Shown here: piece by piece, positions 40,503 through 51,939 of the stretch
Layout of the letters: every line of letters starts with the position of its first letter
Position numbering within the stretch: position 1 is the stretch's first letter
Source: Arcobacteraceae bacterium
Lineage (GTDB): Bacteria; Campylobacterota; Campylobacteria; Campylobacterales; Arcobacteraceae
Direction of reading: 5' to 3'
Length of the DNA: 54,366 bases
Assembly: GCA_049650525.1 (NCBI GenBank)
Contig: JBASAI010000393.1
Location: 1-54,366, forward strand
The notes under the pieces: model-generated
Database searches by the model: none
What the model was told of the DNA's origin: nothing
Seen by the model: only the letters and a program-made list of their open reading frames with translations
Made by a program: the position numbers and the translations under genes

Positions 40503-41474
40503 CTATACTGATCCTTGTTCGAACTGAGCTCTTAATTTATCTTTTTCTTTTGATTTTTTCTCTTTGAGTGCTTCATTTTCTCTATAGTTTGAGATAGAAA
40601 AATTTAACTGCACTAAAAATGATGCTGCGATAAAAATAGAACTATAAGTTCCTACAATGATACCCACTAAAAGAGTAAAACTAAATCCACTGATAATCTC
40701 TCCACCAAATACATAGAGTGTAAATACAGTAAAAAATGTAGTAAGAGATGTAAGAGTAGTTCTACTTAAAGTGTTTGAAACTGAACTATTTACTACAGAA
40801 TTAAGCTCATTGTCTTTTGAGTTAGTAACCCCTTCTCGTATTCTATCAAATACAATAATTGTATCATTGAGTGAATATCCTAAAAGAGTTAAAATGGCTG
40901 CCAATATATCAAGGTTTACATCAACATTAAAAAGAACAATAGCTCCGATTGCGATAGTGATATCATGAATAAGTGCCAAAATAGAAGCAACTGCAAATCG
41001 CCACTCAAATCGAAATGATACATAGATCATTATTACCAAAAGTGCTAAACTTAAAGCCATAATCCCTTTTTCTTGTAAAGCATCACCCACTTTTGGTCCA
41101 ACCATATCAACTCTTCGTACATCAAAGTTTCCAGTTGGTTGCAATAACGCTCGCAACTCATCACCAATATCTTTACCTATTTCGGTACTTATTGTAGGGA
41201 TTTTAATGATCACTTCATCTGGCGAACCAAATTCAGTAACAGCAGATTTTGCAAATTTTTCATTTTTTAAAAGAATTTCTCGAATATCTTTAATAGGTGC
41301 AGCTTGAGTGTATTGAACTTGTACAAGTGTTCCACCTGAGAAATCAATCCCTAGGTTTAATCCTTTTGTAAAAATAAGAACCAATGAAATGATCACTAAT
41401 AAACTAGAAAAACCTAAGAAAGGAAGTCTTTTCCCCATAAAATCATATGTTTTATTTGATTTAAATATTTCCAT
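40503..41474 (-). CDS. secF: Protein translocase subunit SecF
   Basis: [39 protein letters not shown]; start probably ATG 41474. Confidence 0.96.
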   Translation of the reverse strand: MEIFKSNKTYDFMGKRLPFLGFSSLLVIISLVLIFTKGLNLGIDFSGGTLVQVQYTQAAPIKDIREILLKNEKFAKSAVTEFGSPDEVIIKIPTISTEIGKDIGDELRALLQPTGNFDVRRVDMVGPKVGDALQEKGIMALSLALLVIMIYVSFRFEWRFAVASILALIHDITIAIGAIVLFNVDVNLDILAAILTLLGYSLNDTIIVFDRIREGVTNSKDNELNSVVNSSVSNTLSRTTLTSLTTFFTVFTLYVFGGEIISGFSFTLLVGIIVGTYSSIFIAASFLVQLNFSISNYRENEALKEKKSKEKDKLRAQFEQGSV

Positions 41475-41478
41475 CAGT

Positions 41479-43047
41479 TTATACCCCAAACCATTTTTTT
41501 AAGTTTTTGTCTTTTGTAATTTTTGAACTCAATGCATCATAGATACCATGTGTTCCTAAAATTGCAGTGATCATTGAAGCTAAGATACCGATACTTATTG
41601 TTACTGCAAATCCTTTGATTGGACCAGTTCCATAAACATATAAGATCACAGCTACTAAAAGTGTCGTTATATTGGCATCCAAAATTGCACTCATCGCATT
41701 TTTGTATCCATGCTCGATCGACTTATGTACACTGTTACCTTTTTTCAATAGCTCTCGTATTCTTTCATTGATGATAACATTTGCATCAACTGCCATACCA
41801 ACCGTTAGAACGATTCCCGCCATTCCTGGAAGTGTGAGTGTTGCCCCAAACATCGCCATCACAGCTAATATGATAAACAAGTTAGTAACCAACGCAATAT
41901 TTGAAATAAGACCAGCGAGTCCATAGTACACAATCATAAAGATAACAACAAGTAAAAATCCAGCAGATAATGCGATCATTGAAGCCTCTATACTATCCGC
42001 ACCCAAGCTAGGTCCCACACTTCTTTTTTCAAGCATCAAAACAGGAGCAGGTAGTGCCCCACTTCGTAAAGCAATAGCAACACTTCCAGCTTCTTGAACT
42101 GTAAAATTACCACTTATTTGTCCACTTCCTCCACCGATTCTTTCACGAATATTTGGTGCAGAAAAAACTTTTCCATCAAGTACGACAGCGAGTCTCTTTC
42201 CAACACTTTTCGCAGTAAAATCACCAAAAACTTTCGCTCCAAAGGTACTGAGTGTAAAGTTAATAATAGGAGTATTAGTTTGTTGATCAAAAGCAACTTT
42301 TGCATCAATTACTTCAGAACCTGTCAAAATAGGTATCTGTTTTACTAAGTATTTTATCTCAGGATTGTTTGTATCTTCTAAAATCAGATTTCCCATCTCT
42401 TTGGCTTCATCCTCAGAGAGATTATAAACTTGATCAGCTTTGATCTCATCAACTTCCATAAGTTCTAGATTTGCCCGTTTTGCGATCAATTCTCTTGCGC
42501 GTTGTTCCTCTTGCGGTGTTTTGATACCAGGGAGCTCAACAACAATATCAACTTTACCTTGTCTTGTCACAGAAGGCTCAGCTAGACCAAACTGATCAAG
42601 TCGATTTCGTATTGTTTCAACAGCTTGCGAAACCGCCATATCTTTTACGATTTCAATCTCAACAGGTGTGAGCATAATTGTATATACAAAATCAGCACCT
42701 TTGTTGATCTCTAAACCTTGTATCTCAGCTAACATTGTGTCTATTTTTGGTGCTTCATCACTATCAAGTACCATAAAACTTAACTGATCTTCTTCGATCG
42801 TTAAATCTTCGATAAGAATATCTTCATTATCGCCATAATACTTTACTGTTGCTGCTATTGATTTGATTTTTCCTTCAACTGCTTTTTGAGTTTCGACACC
42901 CAAAAGCATATGAAGTCCACCTTGTAAGTCAAGGCCCAAAGATATTTTTTTACCTTCGTCGGTTTGTAAAAAAGATGGCATAGAAAAAACTATACCAAAA
43001 GTTGTAACTAGTATAAATATAACTAGTCTATAATTTAAAAATTGCAA
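41479..43047 (-). CDS. secD: Protein translocase subunit SecD
   Basis: LGLDLQGG, RNRLDQFGLAEP, GMAVDANVII.ERI.E, DANITT. Confidence 0.97.
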   Translation of the reverse strand: MQFLNYRLVIFILVTTFGIVFSMPSFLQTDEGKKISLGLDLQGGLHMLLGVETQKAVEGKIKSIAATVKYYGDNEDILIEDLTIEEDQLSFMVLDSDEAPKIDTMLAEIQGLEINKGADFVYTIMLTPVEIEIVKDMAVSQAVETIRNRLDQFGLAEPSVTRQGKVDIVVELPGIKTPQEEQRARELIAKRANLELMEVDEIKADQVYNLSEDEAKEMGNLILEDTNNPEIKYLVKQIPILTGSEVIDAKVAFDQQTNTPIINFTLSTFGAKVFGDFTAKSVGKRLAVVLDGKVFSAPNIRERIGGGSGQISGNFTVQEAGSVAIALRSGALPAPVLMLEKRSVGPSLGADSIEASMIALSAGFLLVVIFMIVYYGLAGLISNIALVTNLFIILAVMAMFGATLTLPGMAGIVLTVGMAVDANVIINERIRELLKKGNSVHKSIEHGYKNAMSAILDANITTLLVAVILYVYGTGPIKGFAVTISIGILASMITAILGTHGIYDALSSKITKDKNLKKWFGV

Positions 43048-43073
43048 GATCTAATCCTTTTGAAAATACTCTA

Positions 43074-43343
43074 TTATGCGTCTTCCCATTTGCTTGCAAT
43101 AAATGATCTTGCAACTCGTAATGCAGCTCCATCAACACTTTTAACTGTTAAAAAAGACTCTTCAACTTTAGTAATTTCTACTATAAGTCCACCAGTTGTT
43201 ACAATTTTATCACCTTTTGCAAGTGCTTCGATCATATTTTTATGTTCTTTTTGTTGTTTTTGTTGTGGTCTGATAATCAGAAAGTAAAATATCGCAAATA
43301 ATACGACAAGTGGCATAAGTGAACTTAATAAGTCTGTGTTCAT
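43074..43343 (-). CDS. yajC: Preprotein translocase subunit YajC
   Basis: FYFLIIRPQQK, L.KGD.IVT.GG. Confidence 0.96.
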   Translation of the reverse strand: MNTDLLSSLMPLVVLFAIFYFLIIRPQQKQQKEHKNMIEALAKGDKIVTTGGLIVEITKVEESFLTVKSVDGAALRVARSFIASKWEDA

Positions 43344-43391
43344 GGTGTAATCCTTAAGATGTAATTTTGTGATATTTTATCGCAAAGTTAC

Positions 43392-45518
43392 TTAAAACTC
43401 TAAAGTACCCTCGATAGTAAATTCAGCTTTTGAGTCAAGTTCAGCATGACTTAAAACAGCTATCTGTAAACCAAATTTTTCAAATATCTCTGCAATTCTT
43501 CTTCGTAAACTTGGATCAACAATCATAGATAAAGTACTCACACCTTTTGCTTCTACACTATTTACAAGTTCTCGAGTATGAGTAACAAGAGAATTTATTT
43601 CACCAATATTTAATAATAATTGGCTTACTCCATGTTGCTCTTGTAGTTTACCGATAAAACTTTGTTCTAATTCTGATTTTATAGTGATGATATGCAATGC
43701 TCCATCAGATGCTGTATATTTATTGGTAATAAGTCTAAATAGTTTTGATCGTACATGTTCGAGTAAAATATCAGGAGATTTTGTAAGCTCCGCTATATCA
43801 GAAACAGCTTCAAGAATCGTGATCATATCCACAAGAGGAATATTTTCATGCAGTAGATCTTTACACACTTTTAAGAGTGCTCCATAAGTAGTCACTTTCA
43901 TAGCTTCTTCAACAATAATAGGAAAATCAGCTTTCAATCGGTCGATCATATTCACTAAATCTTGTCTTGTGATAATATCTTCTGCATGTTTTTTAATCAG
44001 CTCAGAAAGATGAGTAGAGATAATAGTAGGTGCATCAACCACGGTAAATCCTCTATTTAAAGCATCATCTTTAAGCTCAGGTGCGATCCAAGTAGCATCG
44101 AGTCCAAACACAGGCTCTTTTACTCTTTTTCCTTGTATTTTAGCACCAGCAATTCCACCCATTGCTAAGAGCTGATTGAGTTCTACATTTCCTTTTGCGA
44201 TTGGTATTCTTTTAAGATTAAAAGAATACTCATTCATATTTAAACTACCATCATCACTGATTCTGATTTGTGGGATAACAAAACCTAAGTCACCAGCAAT
44301 TTTATTTCTGATCCCTTTAATTTTATCAAGAAGTTCACTATCACCTTGAACAAGTCGGAGTAACTGTGCTCCAAGTTTGAGCTCTAGTACTTCAAGTTTC
44401 ATGGTCTTATCTATTGTTTGATCTTCTGTTAGCGCATTGGGTTGTTTTTCTTTTTTCTTTTTTTGTTCTTCTTCTGCTGCTTGTGCTTTTTTCGATTTTA
44501 CTTGGGCATCGTTACCTTTTATAAATCGAGTAAAGGCATTGTCTTTATCTGCTTCAATCATATAGATAATATAACCGATCATCACAAGTAAACTTCCCAT
44601 AACTACTAAGATTCCGGTAGGAAATCCAGGAATTAAACTAAATAATAATAATCCAACACCTGTAATCACAAGTGATTTACTATCATTTACAAGTTGTTTG
44701 ATCGTACCGCTTGCAAATTTTTCTTCTTCATTATTTGAACGAGTAATAATAATAGCAGTAGCTGTAGAGATAATCAAAGCAGGAATTTGTGCCACAAGTC
44801 CATCACCAATAGTTAAAATTGTATATATTTCTGAACTTTCAGCAGCACTTAAATCGTGTTGGAAAATACCGATCATCAATCCACCGATAAGATTTACAAG
44901 AGTGATAATGATACCAGCAACCGCATCACCTTTTACAAACTTAGCAGATCCATCCATTGTCCCATAAAAGCTCACTTCACTAGCGAGCTCTTCTCTTCGC
45001 TTTTTAGCTTGAATATCATCGATAAATCCAGCATTTAAATCAGCATCGATAGCCATCTGTTTACCAGGTAAGGAATCTAATGAAAATCTTGCTTGTACTT
45101 CTGCAACTCTTCCTGCCCCTTTGGTTACAACCATAAAGTTAATAAGTACTAAAATGATAAAAATAATTACACCAATAACCATATTTCCACCAACAACAAA
45201 CTCACCAAATGCAGATATAAGGGAACTTACCGCTTCTGGACCATTATGTCCTTCACTTAAAATAGATCGGGTTGTAGCTATATTTAAGGAGAGTCGAAAT
45301 AAAACTAAAATCAGTAAGAGGGTAGGAAATGTAGATAAATCAGTGGGTTTTTCTATAAAAAGCGATATCAAAAGAATTAATATCGCCGATGTTAGAGATA
45401 AAAGTAAAAAGAAATCAAGCATACCTTTTGGCAATGGAACGATAATAATCGCTAACATTGAAAAGATAAATGCTATAAGTACATATTCTTTTCGGAAAAA
45501 TATATCTCTAATATTCAT
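43392..45518 (-). CDS. flhA: Flagellar export gate protein FlhA
   Basis: RVAEVQARFSLDSLPGKQMAIDADL, FYG.MDG.AKFVKGDA, TIGDGLV.QIPAL. Confidence 0.96.
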   Translation of the reverse strand: MNIRDIFFRKEYVLIAFIFSMLAIIIVPLPKGMLDFFLLLSLTSAILILLISLFIEKPTDLSTFPTLLLILVLFRLSLNIATTRSILSEGHNGPEAVSSLISAFGEFVVGGNMVIGVIIFIILVLINFMVVTKGAGRVAEVQARFSLDSLPGKQMAIDADLNAGFIDDIQAKKRREELASEVSFYGTMDGSAKFVKGDAVAGIIITLVNLIGGLMIGIFQHDLSAAESSEIYTILTIGDGLVAQIPALIISTATAIIITRSNNEEEKFASGTIKQLVNDSKSLVITGVGLLLFSLIPGFPTGILVVMGSLLVMIGYIIYMIEADKDNAFTRFIKGNDAQVKSKKAQAAEEEQKKKKEKQPNALTEDQTIDKTMKLEVLELKLGAQLLRLVQGDSELLDKIKGIRNKIAGDLGFVIPQIRISDDGSLNMNEYSFNLKRIPIAKGNVELNQLLAMGGIAGAKIQGKRVKEPVFGLDATWIAPELKDDALNRGFTVVDAPTIISTHLSELIKKHAEDIITRQDLVNMIDRLKADFPIIVEEAMKVTTYGALLKVCKDLLHENIPLVDMITILEAVSDIAELTKSPDILLEHVRSKLFRLITNKYTASDGALHIITIKSELEQSFIGKLQEQHGVSQLLLNIGEINSLVTHTRELVNSVEAKGVSTLSMIVDPSLRRRIAEIFEKFGLQIAVLSHAELDSKAEFTIEGTLEF

Positions 45519-45535
45519 CTAGTGTTTAAAGTTTT

Positions 45536-46777
45536 CTATTTAATATAATTAAGCAATGAAAGATTATTCATTTTACTTATTGTCGCATACAGTGACTGGT
45601 ATGTAAGTTCCAATGCCTTTGATTCCATCGCTAATTTAGCTAAATCTGCACCAGTTGTTTGTTGTATCAAAATATTATAATTTGTTTCTTGTGAAGTTAA
45701 TTTTTCATACGCAACATTAAATACACTATTTCGTCCACCAAGCTCACCATGACCTATATTTGTTGCATCAAATTGATTTGTATTTTGTTCTAACCCATTT
45801 GATACTGTTTGTCTTACAAGTTCATCATCAATCTCAGCACCTTTTGTACCATCAAGTTTTGTAGCATATCCTTCTAGAGCATTGATTGTCACATTTAAAT
45901 CGTCAAAATAATTATGTTTTGCTTCAAATAATCTATTAAGAGGATTTCCTGGAACATTAAGTGTATAAGTAGCTTGAACAGATTGACCTGTTCCAGCTAT
46001 AGCAGCTGATTCATCCTCTAAAGTTGAACTTGTAATAGCGATAGAAGTCACATCATTTTCTAAGGGGTTATAAATATTTCCATTGTAGTCATATTTTTGA
46101 AGTTCTGTTCCAGCAACATTTAGTTTCCACTCAAATCCCTCTTCATCAATAATTCTTTCACCTTCTTGAAAAGTAAATGGTTCAGCAGCAATTCCCTTAC
46201 TTGATGTATAAAACATTGTATCATACGCTGTAACACCACGATCTCTGTAACTATTTGGCTGTACGGCAACTTTTCTTAAAAATCCATCACCTTCATAAGT
46301 AATTTTTCCATTATCAGCATAATCAGCATCTTTTTGTATTGTTTGTACGGTAGTATCAGATCCTGTAAATACAAACTCACCATCAACTTTAACATTCATA
46401 AGATCATACATATTATCTCGAATACCGCGAAGATTTGTTGCAAGAGCTAGTTTATCACTTCTATCCATACCTGAATTAAGAGCTTTTAGTAAATCATCTT
46501 GAATACCACCACCAAACTCATCTCCACCTAAGGCTATTTTGAGTTCTTGAAGACTTGTATCGGCACTAGAGTTCATTACTTGAGTTTTTGATATTTGAAG
46601 CATCAAACCTGTCGTAACACGAAGTTTATCTTCTAAATTAATAACATTTGAATATAAAATTGAGTTTTCACTCCCTGTGTTTATACTTTTACCAGTTGCC
46701 ATCTGTTCAGAAATTCTTTGATTTTCTGTGTTTAAATTTCCTAGATGGTATAACATATTTCTACTTGTATCAATCAT
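45536..46777 (-). CDS. flgL: Flagellar hook-associated protein 3
   Basis: QMATGK N-terminus, N.KVDGEFVFTG, C-terminal LSLLNYI. Confidence 0.8.
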   Translation of the reverse strand: MIDTSRNMLYHLGNLNTENQRISEQMATGKSINTGSENSILYSNVINLEDKLRVTTGLMLQISKTQVMNSSADTSLQELKIALGGDEFGGGIQDDLLKALNSGMDRSDKLALATNLRGIRDNMYDLMNVKVDGEFVFTGSDTTVQTIQKDADYADNGKITYEGDGFLRKVAVQPNSYRDRGVTAYDTMFYTSSKGIAAEPFTFQEGERIIDEEGFEWKLNVAGTELQKYDYNGNIYNPLENDVTSIAITSSTLEDESAAIAGTGQSVQATYTLNVPGNPLNRLFEAKHNYFDDLNVTINALEGYATKLDGTKGAEIDDELVRQTVSNGLEQNTNQFDATNIGHGELGGRNSVFNVAYEKLTSQETNYNILIQQTTGADLAKLAMESKALELTYQSLYATISKMNNLSLLNYIK

Positions 46778-48077
46778 TTGTCACCTCCATAAGTCCTTTG
46801 ACTATTGATTCATAAGTATAAAGTTCATCCATTCCTTGCGATAAAAAAGCTTTTATTTTGTCTTTTTTAAGTAAAGCCTGATCGAGTTCTTTATCCATAC
46901 CTTTTTTATAAGCACCGATTCTTATCAGTACTTCATTTTCGTTTATTAAAGATAATACCCTTTTTAACTTTAAAAATCTATTATATTGTTCTTTGGAAAC
47001 TACTTTATCTATCACTCTTGAAGCACTTTGTAGAAGATCTATAGGGGGATAAAACCCCTCCTCTGTGAGTTTTCTTGTCAAGACTATATGACCATCCAAA
47101 ATCGATCTACTTTGATCTGCAATAGGATCACTCAAATCATCTCCATCCACAAGCACCGTAAAAAATGCAGTAATAGTCCCTAGTTTATTTGATCCAGCTC
47201 GCTCCATAAGTTGTGGTAAAAGTGCGAATACTGAAGGTGGATATCCTCGTTGTGTAGGTGGTTCTCCGGTACTTAGTCCTATCTCTCTTTGTGCCATCGC
47301 AAATCGTGTAACACTATCCATCATAAGAAGTACATCATGACCTTCATCTCTAAAAAATTCGGCTATTGCCATCGCTGTAAATGCTGCATATTTTCTCATA
47401 AGTGATGATTCATCACTTGTGGCTGTAACGATTACTGTATTTTCTAAATTATTTCCCAAATTATAGTGAATAAACTCAGGAATTTCTCTTCCTCTTTCCC
47501 CTACTAGGGCAATAACTTTGATTTTTGCAACACTTCCTTTGACTATCATTCCCATCAAAGTTGATTTTCCGACACCAGAACCTGCAAAAATTCCTACTTT
47601 TTGACCTTTTCCACAAGTAAGCATAGAATCTATCGCTTTTACTCCTGTTGAAAATTTTTGATCGATGATTCCCCTATCTAATGGCGAAATTGTTGCTTTA
47701 TTTATAGAAGAGTTGACATTTGCATCTTTGATTTTACCTAGATTATCAATAGGCTCTCCAAGCGCATTTACGACTCTTCCTAAAAGTCCATACCCACACT
47801 TGACACTCAAACCCTCTTTTTGTAAAAAAACTTTGTCGCCTATTTTAAATCCATCGATAAAAGAAAAAGGAACCACCGTAAAAGAGCGAGCATTAATAGA
47901 AGCAACCATTCCTAAAACACTGTATTCTCTAGCAAATGATTCTATTTTTACGATATCCCCAATAGCCACTTCAAGTCCATCAGCTATGATACTCGTCGAA
48001 TTTATATTCGTAATACGACCAAATGGAATATATAAATTATTTCCATCTATTTGATCTAAGATATTATCAAGTGTCAT
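46770..48077 (-). CDS. fliI: Flagellar export ATPase FliI
   Basis: AGSGVGKST, GERGRE, DSVTRFAMAQREIGL, GYPPSVF, ILDGHIVL. Confidence 0.97.
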   Translation of the reverse strand: MTLDNILDQIDGNNLYIPFGRITNINSTSIIADGLEVAIGDIVKIESFAREYSVLGMVASINARSFTVVPFSFIDGFKIGDKVFLQKEGLSVKCGYGLLGRVVNALGEPIDNLGKIKDANVNSSINKATISPLDRGIIDQKFSTGVKAIDSMLTCGKGQKVGIFAGSGVGKSTLMGMIVKGSVAKIKVIALVGERGREIPEFIHYNLGNNLENTVIVTATSDESSLMRKYAAFTAMAIAEFFRDEGHDVLLMMDSVTRFAMAQREIGLSTGEPPTQRGYPPSVFALLPQLMERAGSNKLGTITAFFTVLVDGDDLSDPIADQSRSILDGHIVLTRKLTEEGFYPPIDLLQSASRVIDKVVSKEQYNRFLKLKRVLSLINENEVLIRIGAYKKGMDKELDQALLKKDKIKAFLSQGMDELYTYESIVKGLMEVTND

Positions 48078-50104
48078 TAGAGTTTATCACACATTTTTTT
48101 ATAAAAACTTTCAGTATTTTCCAATCTTTGACATTTTTTGATAGCATCTTTATATCTGTTCGTCTTATTTTGAAATTCATATATTTTCGCTATTTCATAA
48201 TAAATATACGCTAAATCATCACTTGAGATATCTCTATCTATACTTCTACCATCTTGCATTCTTTTGATATTTAACCCATATTTCAAATACCCAAGCGCTG
48301 TAGCATAATCATCATCAAGTTTTGCATATTTTGCAAGCTCAATCTCTACAAAAGGAGAATATATTCGTGCATTCATCTCATTTTGTTTTGTATACAATTT
48401 ATTTAAAACGCCAATGGCTTCCTCTTCTTCATTCTCTTTTAATAAATACAAATAATATTCGTAGTAAAAATCAATAATAAGAGGATTGTTTTCATTGTTT
48501 ATAATAAACTCTTGATTTGCTCTTGCATACGCAAAAAAGTTTTGCATACTTCGTGGATTATTTTTCTTTGCATTGATTAAAAATCGATATAAAAATTCAT
48601 CTGATAACAGCTGTGAGTCACTAAACATATCGAGTTTTTGGGAAAAGCGTTCTGCATCTTGAAATTTATTTAACTGAATTGCTATTTTTTCTAAATAAAA
48701 ATATATTTCACTGTTTTGAGCTTTTCCATATGCATTTTTTGCAATAGTATAGGCTCGCTCTTCTGGTAACTCAATCATACAACCAAATAAATTATCAACA
48801 TTCTTTTTATCTTCTATAAGCAACATCAACACATCATCTGTAACATCTTTGATCACACTATTTAATTGTTTACACTGCTGTGTTTCCAGATAAAACTGTA
48901 CCATTCTAGAATTTACTATATTATAAATTTGATCAATACTTTCAAATCCAAATCTTCTTACTATTGGATGATAAATACCATTATAAATTTTACGCATTCT
49001 TATAATTTGTTCATATTTTTCATCTTCTATGGCATTGAGAAGTTCTTGCATCATCGCTTTATATTGCATCGATTCAAACCCACTATATTTTGCAGCCATC
49101 ATCGCAGGCTCAAATTTTCCTTCTCGCATAATGATCTCATCAAGATACATTTTTGATCTCTCAAAATAAGGGTTATTATCTTTTACTTGGATCAACTCTT
49201 CGTATATCACTTTTGCCAAAGGCATATACTCTTTCTGGAATCCTGCAATATCCATATATGTATTTGCTAATTTAAATTTAAAACTATCAATACTATCAGT
49301 TTCACTTGCATTCTCAAGAAGTTTTGTCAAAATTTCAATCGCAAACTTTGACATATTGGACTGCACCAATTTATTGACTTTTTTTAACGCTTTATAACTG
49401 TCATTTGCATAGTAGTCTATATTTTTATTCAAAACTTTTTTTACTAAATCATAGGCATCATCTCTTTGATTATTTAAAATATAAGCATCATACAGTTCAT
49501 CCGCAATAATCGTTGCAACCTCTAAACTTGTTGTATTTACCAATTCTTGCCTAAGTACTTTTATCGCTTTTTCATAATTTCTTTGATGCATGTAGATTTG
49601 AGCAAAGGCAACTTTTCCATATACTTTTGATAAAGGATCATCAAAACTATACTCTATCGCTTTTGCATAATATTCTGCTTCTGCTGCTTTATTAATTCGC
49701 AATTTAATCAAAACCAAAAGTCTATATGCTTCAAGTAAATCATCCTGATTAATCGTAGAGTTATTAATCGAGTTTTCTAATAATTGATTTGCTTCTTCTG
49801 ATCGAACGGTAGTATTAAGTTTATACAAAATTTCATTTTTAAGTAGCATCGCTGTTGAATCTAATATTTGTATTTCATTTGCATTTATAAAAATATTTAT
49901 TGATTTCAACGCTAAATCAAGCTGACCCTCTTTTACATATCGTTTTATTGTTTTGAGCTTATTATTTGCACCAACAATTTTTCCCGTTTGATCTTGAGAA
50001 ATTTGTGTTAAATCTTCATTGATAAAATTATAATAAAAATCCTTTTTAGCTTCTGCTGATACTAAAAAAACTAAAACTAAAAAAAATATTTTATTAATCA
50101 TCAT
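48077..50104 (-). CDS. Exported helical-repeat (TPR-like) protein in the flagellar cluster
   Basis: Signal peptide or anchor; TPR-like repeats (YYEIAKIYE, AQIYMHQRNYEKAI). Confidence 0.7.
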   Translation of the reverse strand: MMINKIFFLVLVFLVSAEAKKDFYYNFINEDLTQISQDQTGKIVGANNKLKTIKRYVKEGQLDLALKSINIFINANEIQILDSTAMLLKNEILYKLNTTVRSEEANQLLENSINNSTINQDDLLEAYRLLVLIKLRINKAAEAEYYAKAIEYSFDDPLSKVYGKVAFAQIYMHQRNYEKAIKVLRQELVNTTSLEVATIIADELYDAYILNNQRDDAYDLVKKVLNKNIDYYANDSYKALKKVNKLVQSNMSKFAIEILTKLLENASETDSIDSFKFKLANTYMDIAGFQKEYMPLAKVIYEELIQVKDNNPYFERSKMYLDEIIMREGKFEPAMMAAKYSGFESMQYKAMMQELLNAIEDEKYEQIIRMRKIYNGIYHPIVRRFGFESIDQIYNIVNSRMVQFYLETQQCKQLNSVIKDVTDDVLMLLIEDKKNVDNLFGCMIELPEERAYTIAKNAYGKAQNSEIYFYLEKIAIQLNKFQDAERFSQKLDMFSDSQLLSDEFLYRFLINAKKNNPRSMQNFFAYARANQEFIINNENNPLIIDFYYEYYLYLLKENEEEEAIGVLNKLYTKQNEMNARIYSPFVEIELAKYAKLDDDYATALGYLKYGLNIKRMQDGRSIDRDISSDDLAYIYYEIAKIYEFQNKTNRYKDAIKKCQRLENTESFYKKMCDKL

Positions 50105-50116
50105 TTTATCTATCCC

Positions 50117-51163
50117 TTATTTATTGTTTAGATTATACACAAAAGTAAATATTTCTGCAATAGCTTTATATAAACTTTCTGGTATCTGTTGTTCCACTTC
50201 TACTTGATCATACAAAGCACGAGCAAGCGCCGGATCTTCTACTATTGGAATTTTACTTTCCATTGCGATATCTTTGATCTTTAACGCAAGAAAATTAATC
50301 CCTTTTGCCACAACCAAAGGGGCATCTGTTTTTTCTTTATCATATTTTAATGCAACCGCATAATGCGTAGGATTTGTGATAATAACATCAGCATCTGGTA
50401 CATCAGCCATCATCCGTTGTCTTGACATTTTCATTTGAATCTGTCTAATTCGACCCTTTACTAAAGGATCACCTTCCATCTGTTTATGCTCATCCTTAAT
50501 CTCTTGTTTTGACATTCGTAACTGTTTAAAATAATAGTGTCTCGTAAAGAAAAAATCTATTATAGCAAAAATGATAATAATTAACAAAATAGTTAATAAA
50601 AAATAGATCGTAAGCGTTACCATCATATCCAATGACGCACGAATCTCTTTATCCATCATCGCCAAAATAGCATCCCAAACAATTGCCAATAAAATCATCA
50701 TCACTATAAAAATCAAGATAAGCTTTGCAGTTAGCTTCAATGCTTCGATCGCTTTTTTTGCACTAAAAATATTTTTAAATCCACTAATAGGATTGATTTT
50801 TTCAAGTTTGATTTTTAAAGGAGTAAATACAAACCCAAATTGCATCACATTAAAAATCACTCCTAAAAATAGCACTAAAAAAAACAGTGGGAACATCCCT
50901 ACTAGCATTGTGGTTATGATACTATGTGTGATCTCAAAATATACATGACCACTCATATCAGATCCAATAAATGAATAGATGTATATCATCAGCTTTTCAA
51001 TATCTTTAAAAAATGAACCTGCAAAAAAAAGCAGATAAATAGAAGTAAAAAACAATATAGCAGCACCAGGAACTTCAGCAGATTTGGGGACATTCCCTTC
51101 TGCTTTGGAGTCATCTATCTTCTTACTGGTGGGTTCCTCTGTTTTTTCTGCTTCATCAGCCAT
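50117..51163 (-). CDS. flhB: Flagellar export switch protein FlhB
   Basis: EKTEEPT.KK, EGDP.VKGRIR, NPTH autocleavage motif. Confidence 0.97.
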   Translation of the reverse strand: MADEAEKTEEPTSKKIDDSKAEGNVPKSAEVPGAAILFFTSIYLLFFAGSFFKDIEKLMIYIYSFIGSDMSGHVYFEITHSIITTMLVGMFPLFFLVLFLGVIFNVMQFGFVFTPLKIKLEKINPISGFKNIFSAKKAIEALKLTAKLILIFIVMMILLAIVWDAILAMMDKEIRASLDMMVTLTIYFLLTILLIIIIFAIIDFFFTRHYYFKQLRMSKQEIKDEHKQMEGDPLVKGRIRQIQMKMSRQRMMADVPDADVIITNPTHYAVALKYDKEKTDAPLVVAKGINFLALKIKDIAMESKIPIVEDPALARALYDQVEVEQQIPESLYKAIAEIFTFVYNLNNK

Positions 51164-51172
51164 AATTACTCT

Positions 51173-51928
51173 CTAATACTCAAATTTTGATATAAAATAA
51201 TTTGTAAAACTATCTACAAAAATCTCAAAGCCAAACATCATAAATATAAATATCAAAGCAAATTTAATCTGAAAGGTGATAACAAATGGAGAAAATGCAG
51301 GCATCGACTTCGTACCGTAGGCATAATACACATCCAAAATAAATCCAATAAAAAATAAAGGAAACGCAAATGCAAATGCAAATGCAAACATCCTATTGAC
51401 TTCGTTTGAAGCATACTGAATACCATCATAAGTGAAAATATCAAATGCCCCCAATGAAATCTCTCCAAAACTCATAGAGAGCATATAAATCGTTATTTCG
51501 TACATGCCTGATTCAAGGTAGATCACTAAAATAATCATATACAATAATCTACTCACGATTCCTTGTTGTGTACCAGTAGCGGGATCAAACATATTTGCCA
51601 TCGATAAAGCTGTCGCATACCCTATCAAATCTCCGATGATCTGAATCGCAGAAAAAATAACTTGTACTAAAAATGAAGCAACCAATCCCAATGTCACTTC
51701 ACTAATCAAAGCCAATAAGAAAGTTTCTTCATTTATAAGGCTTTTATCATAATCAATCAAGGGGAAAAGAAAAATAGCTAGATAAAACGAAATGGCTATT
51801 CGTATCGTAGGATTTACAGTTGTGTGTCCAACAACTGGCATAAAGGCCATAAAACTAAGTATTCGAGCAAGTAACAATAAAAATGCAAGTATAGTTTGCT
51901 GATCTAGTAAAGATATTAACTCTTGCAC
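51173..51928 (-). CDS. fliR: Flagellar export protein FliR
   Basis: Multi-TM, EVTLG, A..FDP motif; directly upstream of flhB. Confidence 0.9.
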   Translation of the reverse strand: MQELISLLDQQTILAFLLLLARILSFMAFMPVVGHTTVNPTIRIAISFYLAIFLFPLIDYDKSLINEETFLLALISEVTLGLVASFLVQVIFSAIQIIGDLIGYATALSMANMFDPATGTQQGIVSRLLYMIILVIYLESGMYEITIYMLSMSFGEISLGAFDIFTYDGIQYASNEVNRMFAFAFAFAFPLFFIGFILDVYYAYGTKSMPAFSPFVITFQIKFALIFIFMMFGFEIFVDSFTNYFISKFEY

Positions 51929-51939
51929 ATTATTACCTT

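Noticed and set aside
51366..51389. (GCAAAT)n hexamer repeat in fliR
   Set aside because: In-frame FAFAFAF transmembrane coding; not a phase-variation tract.
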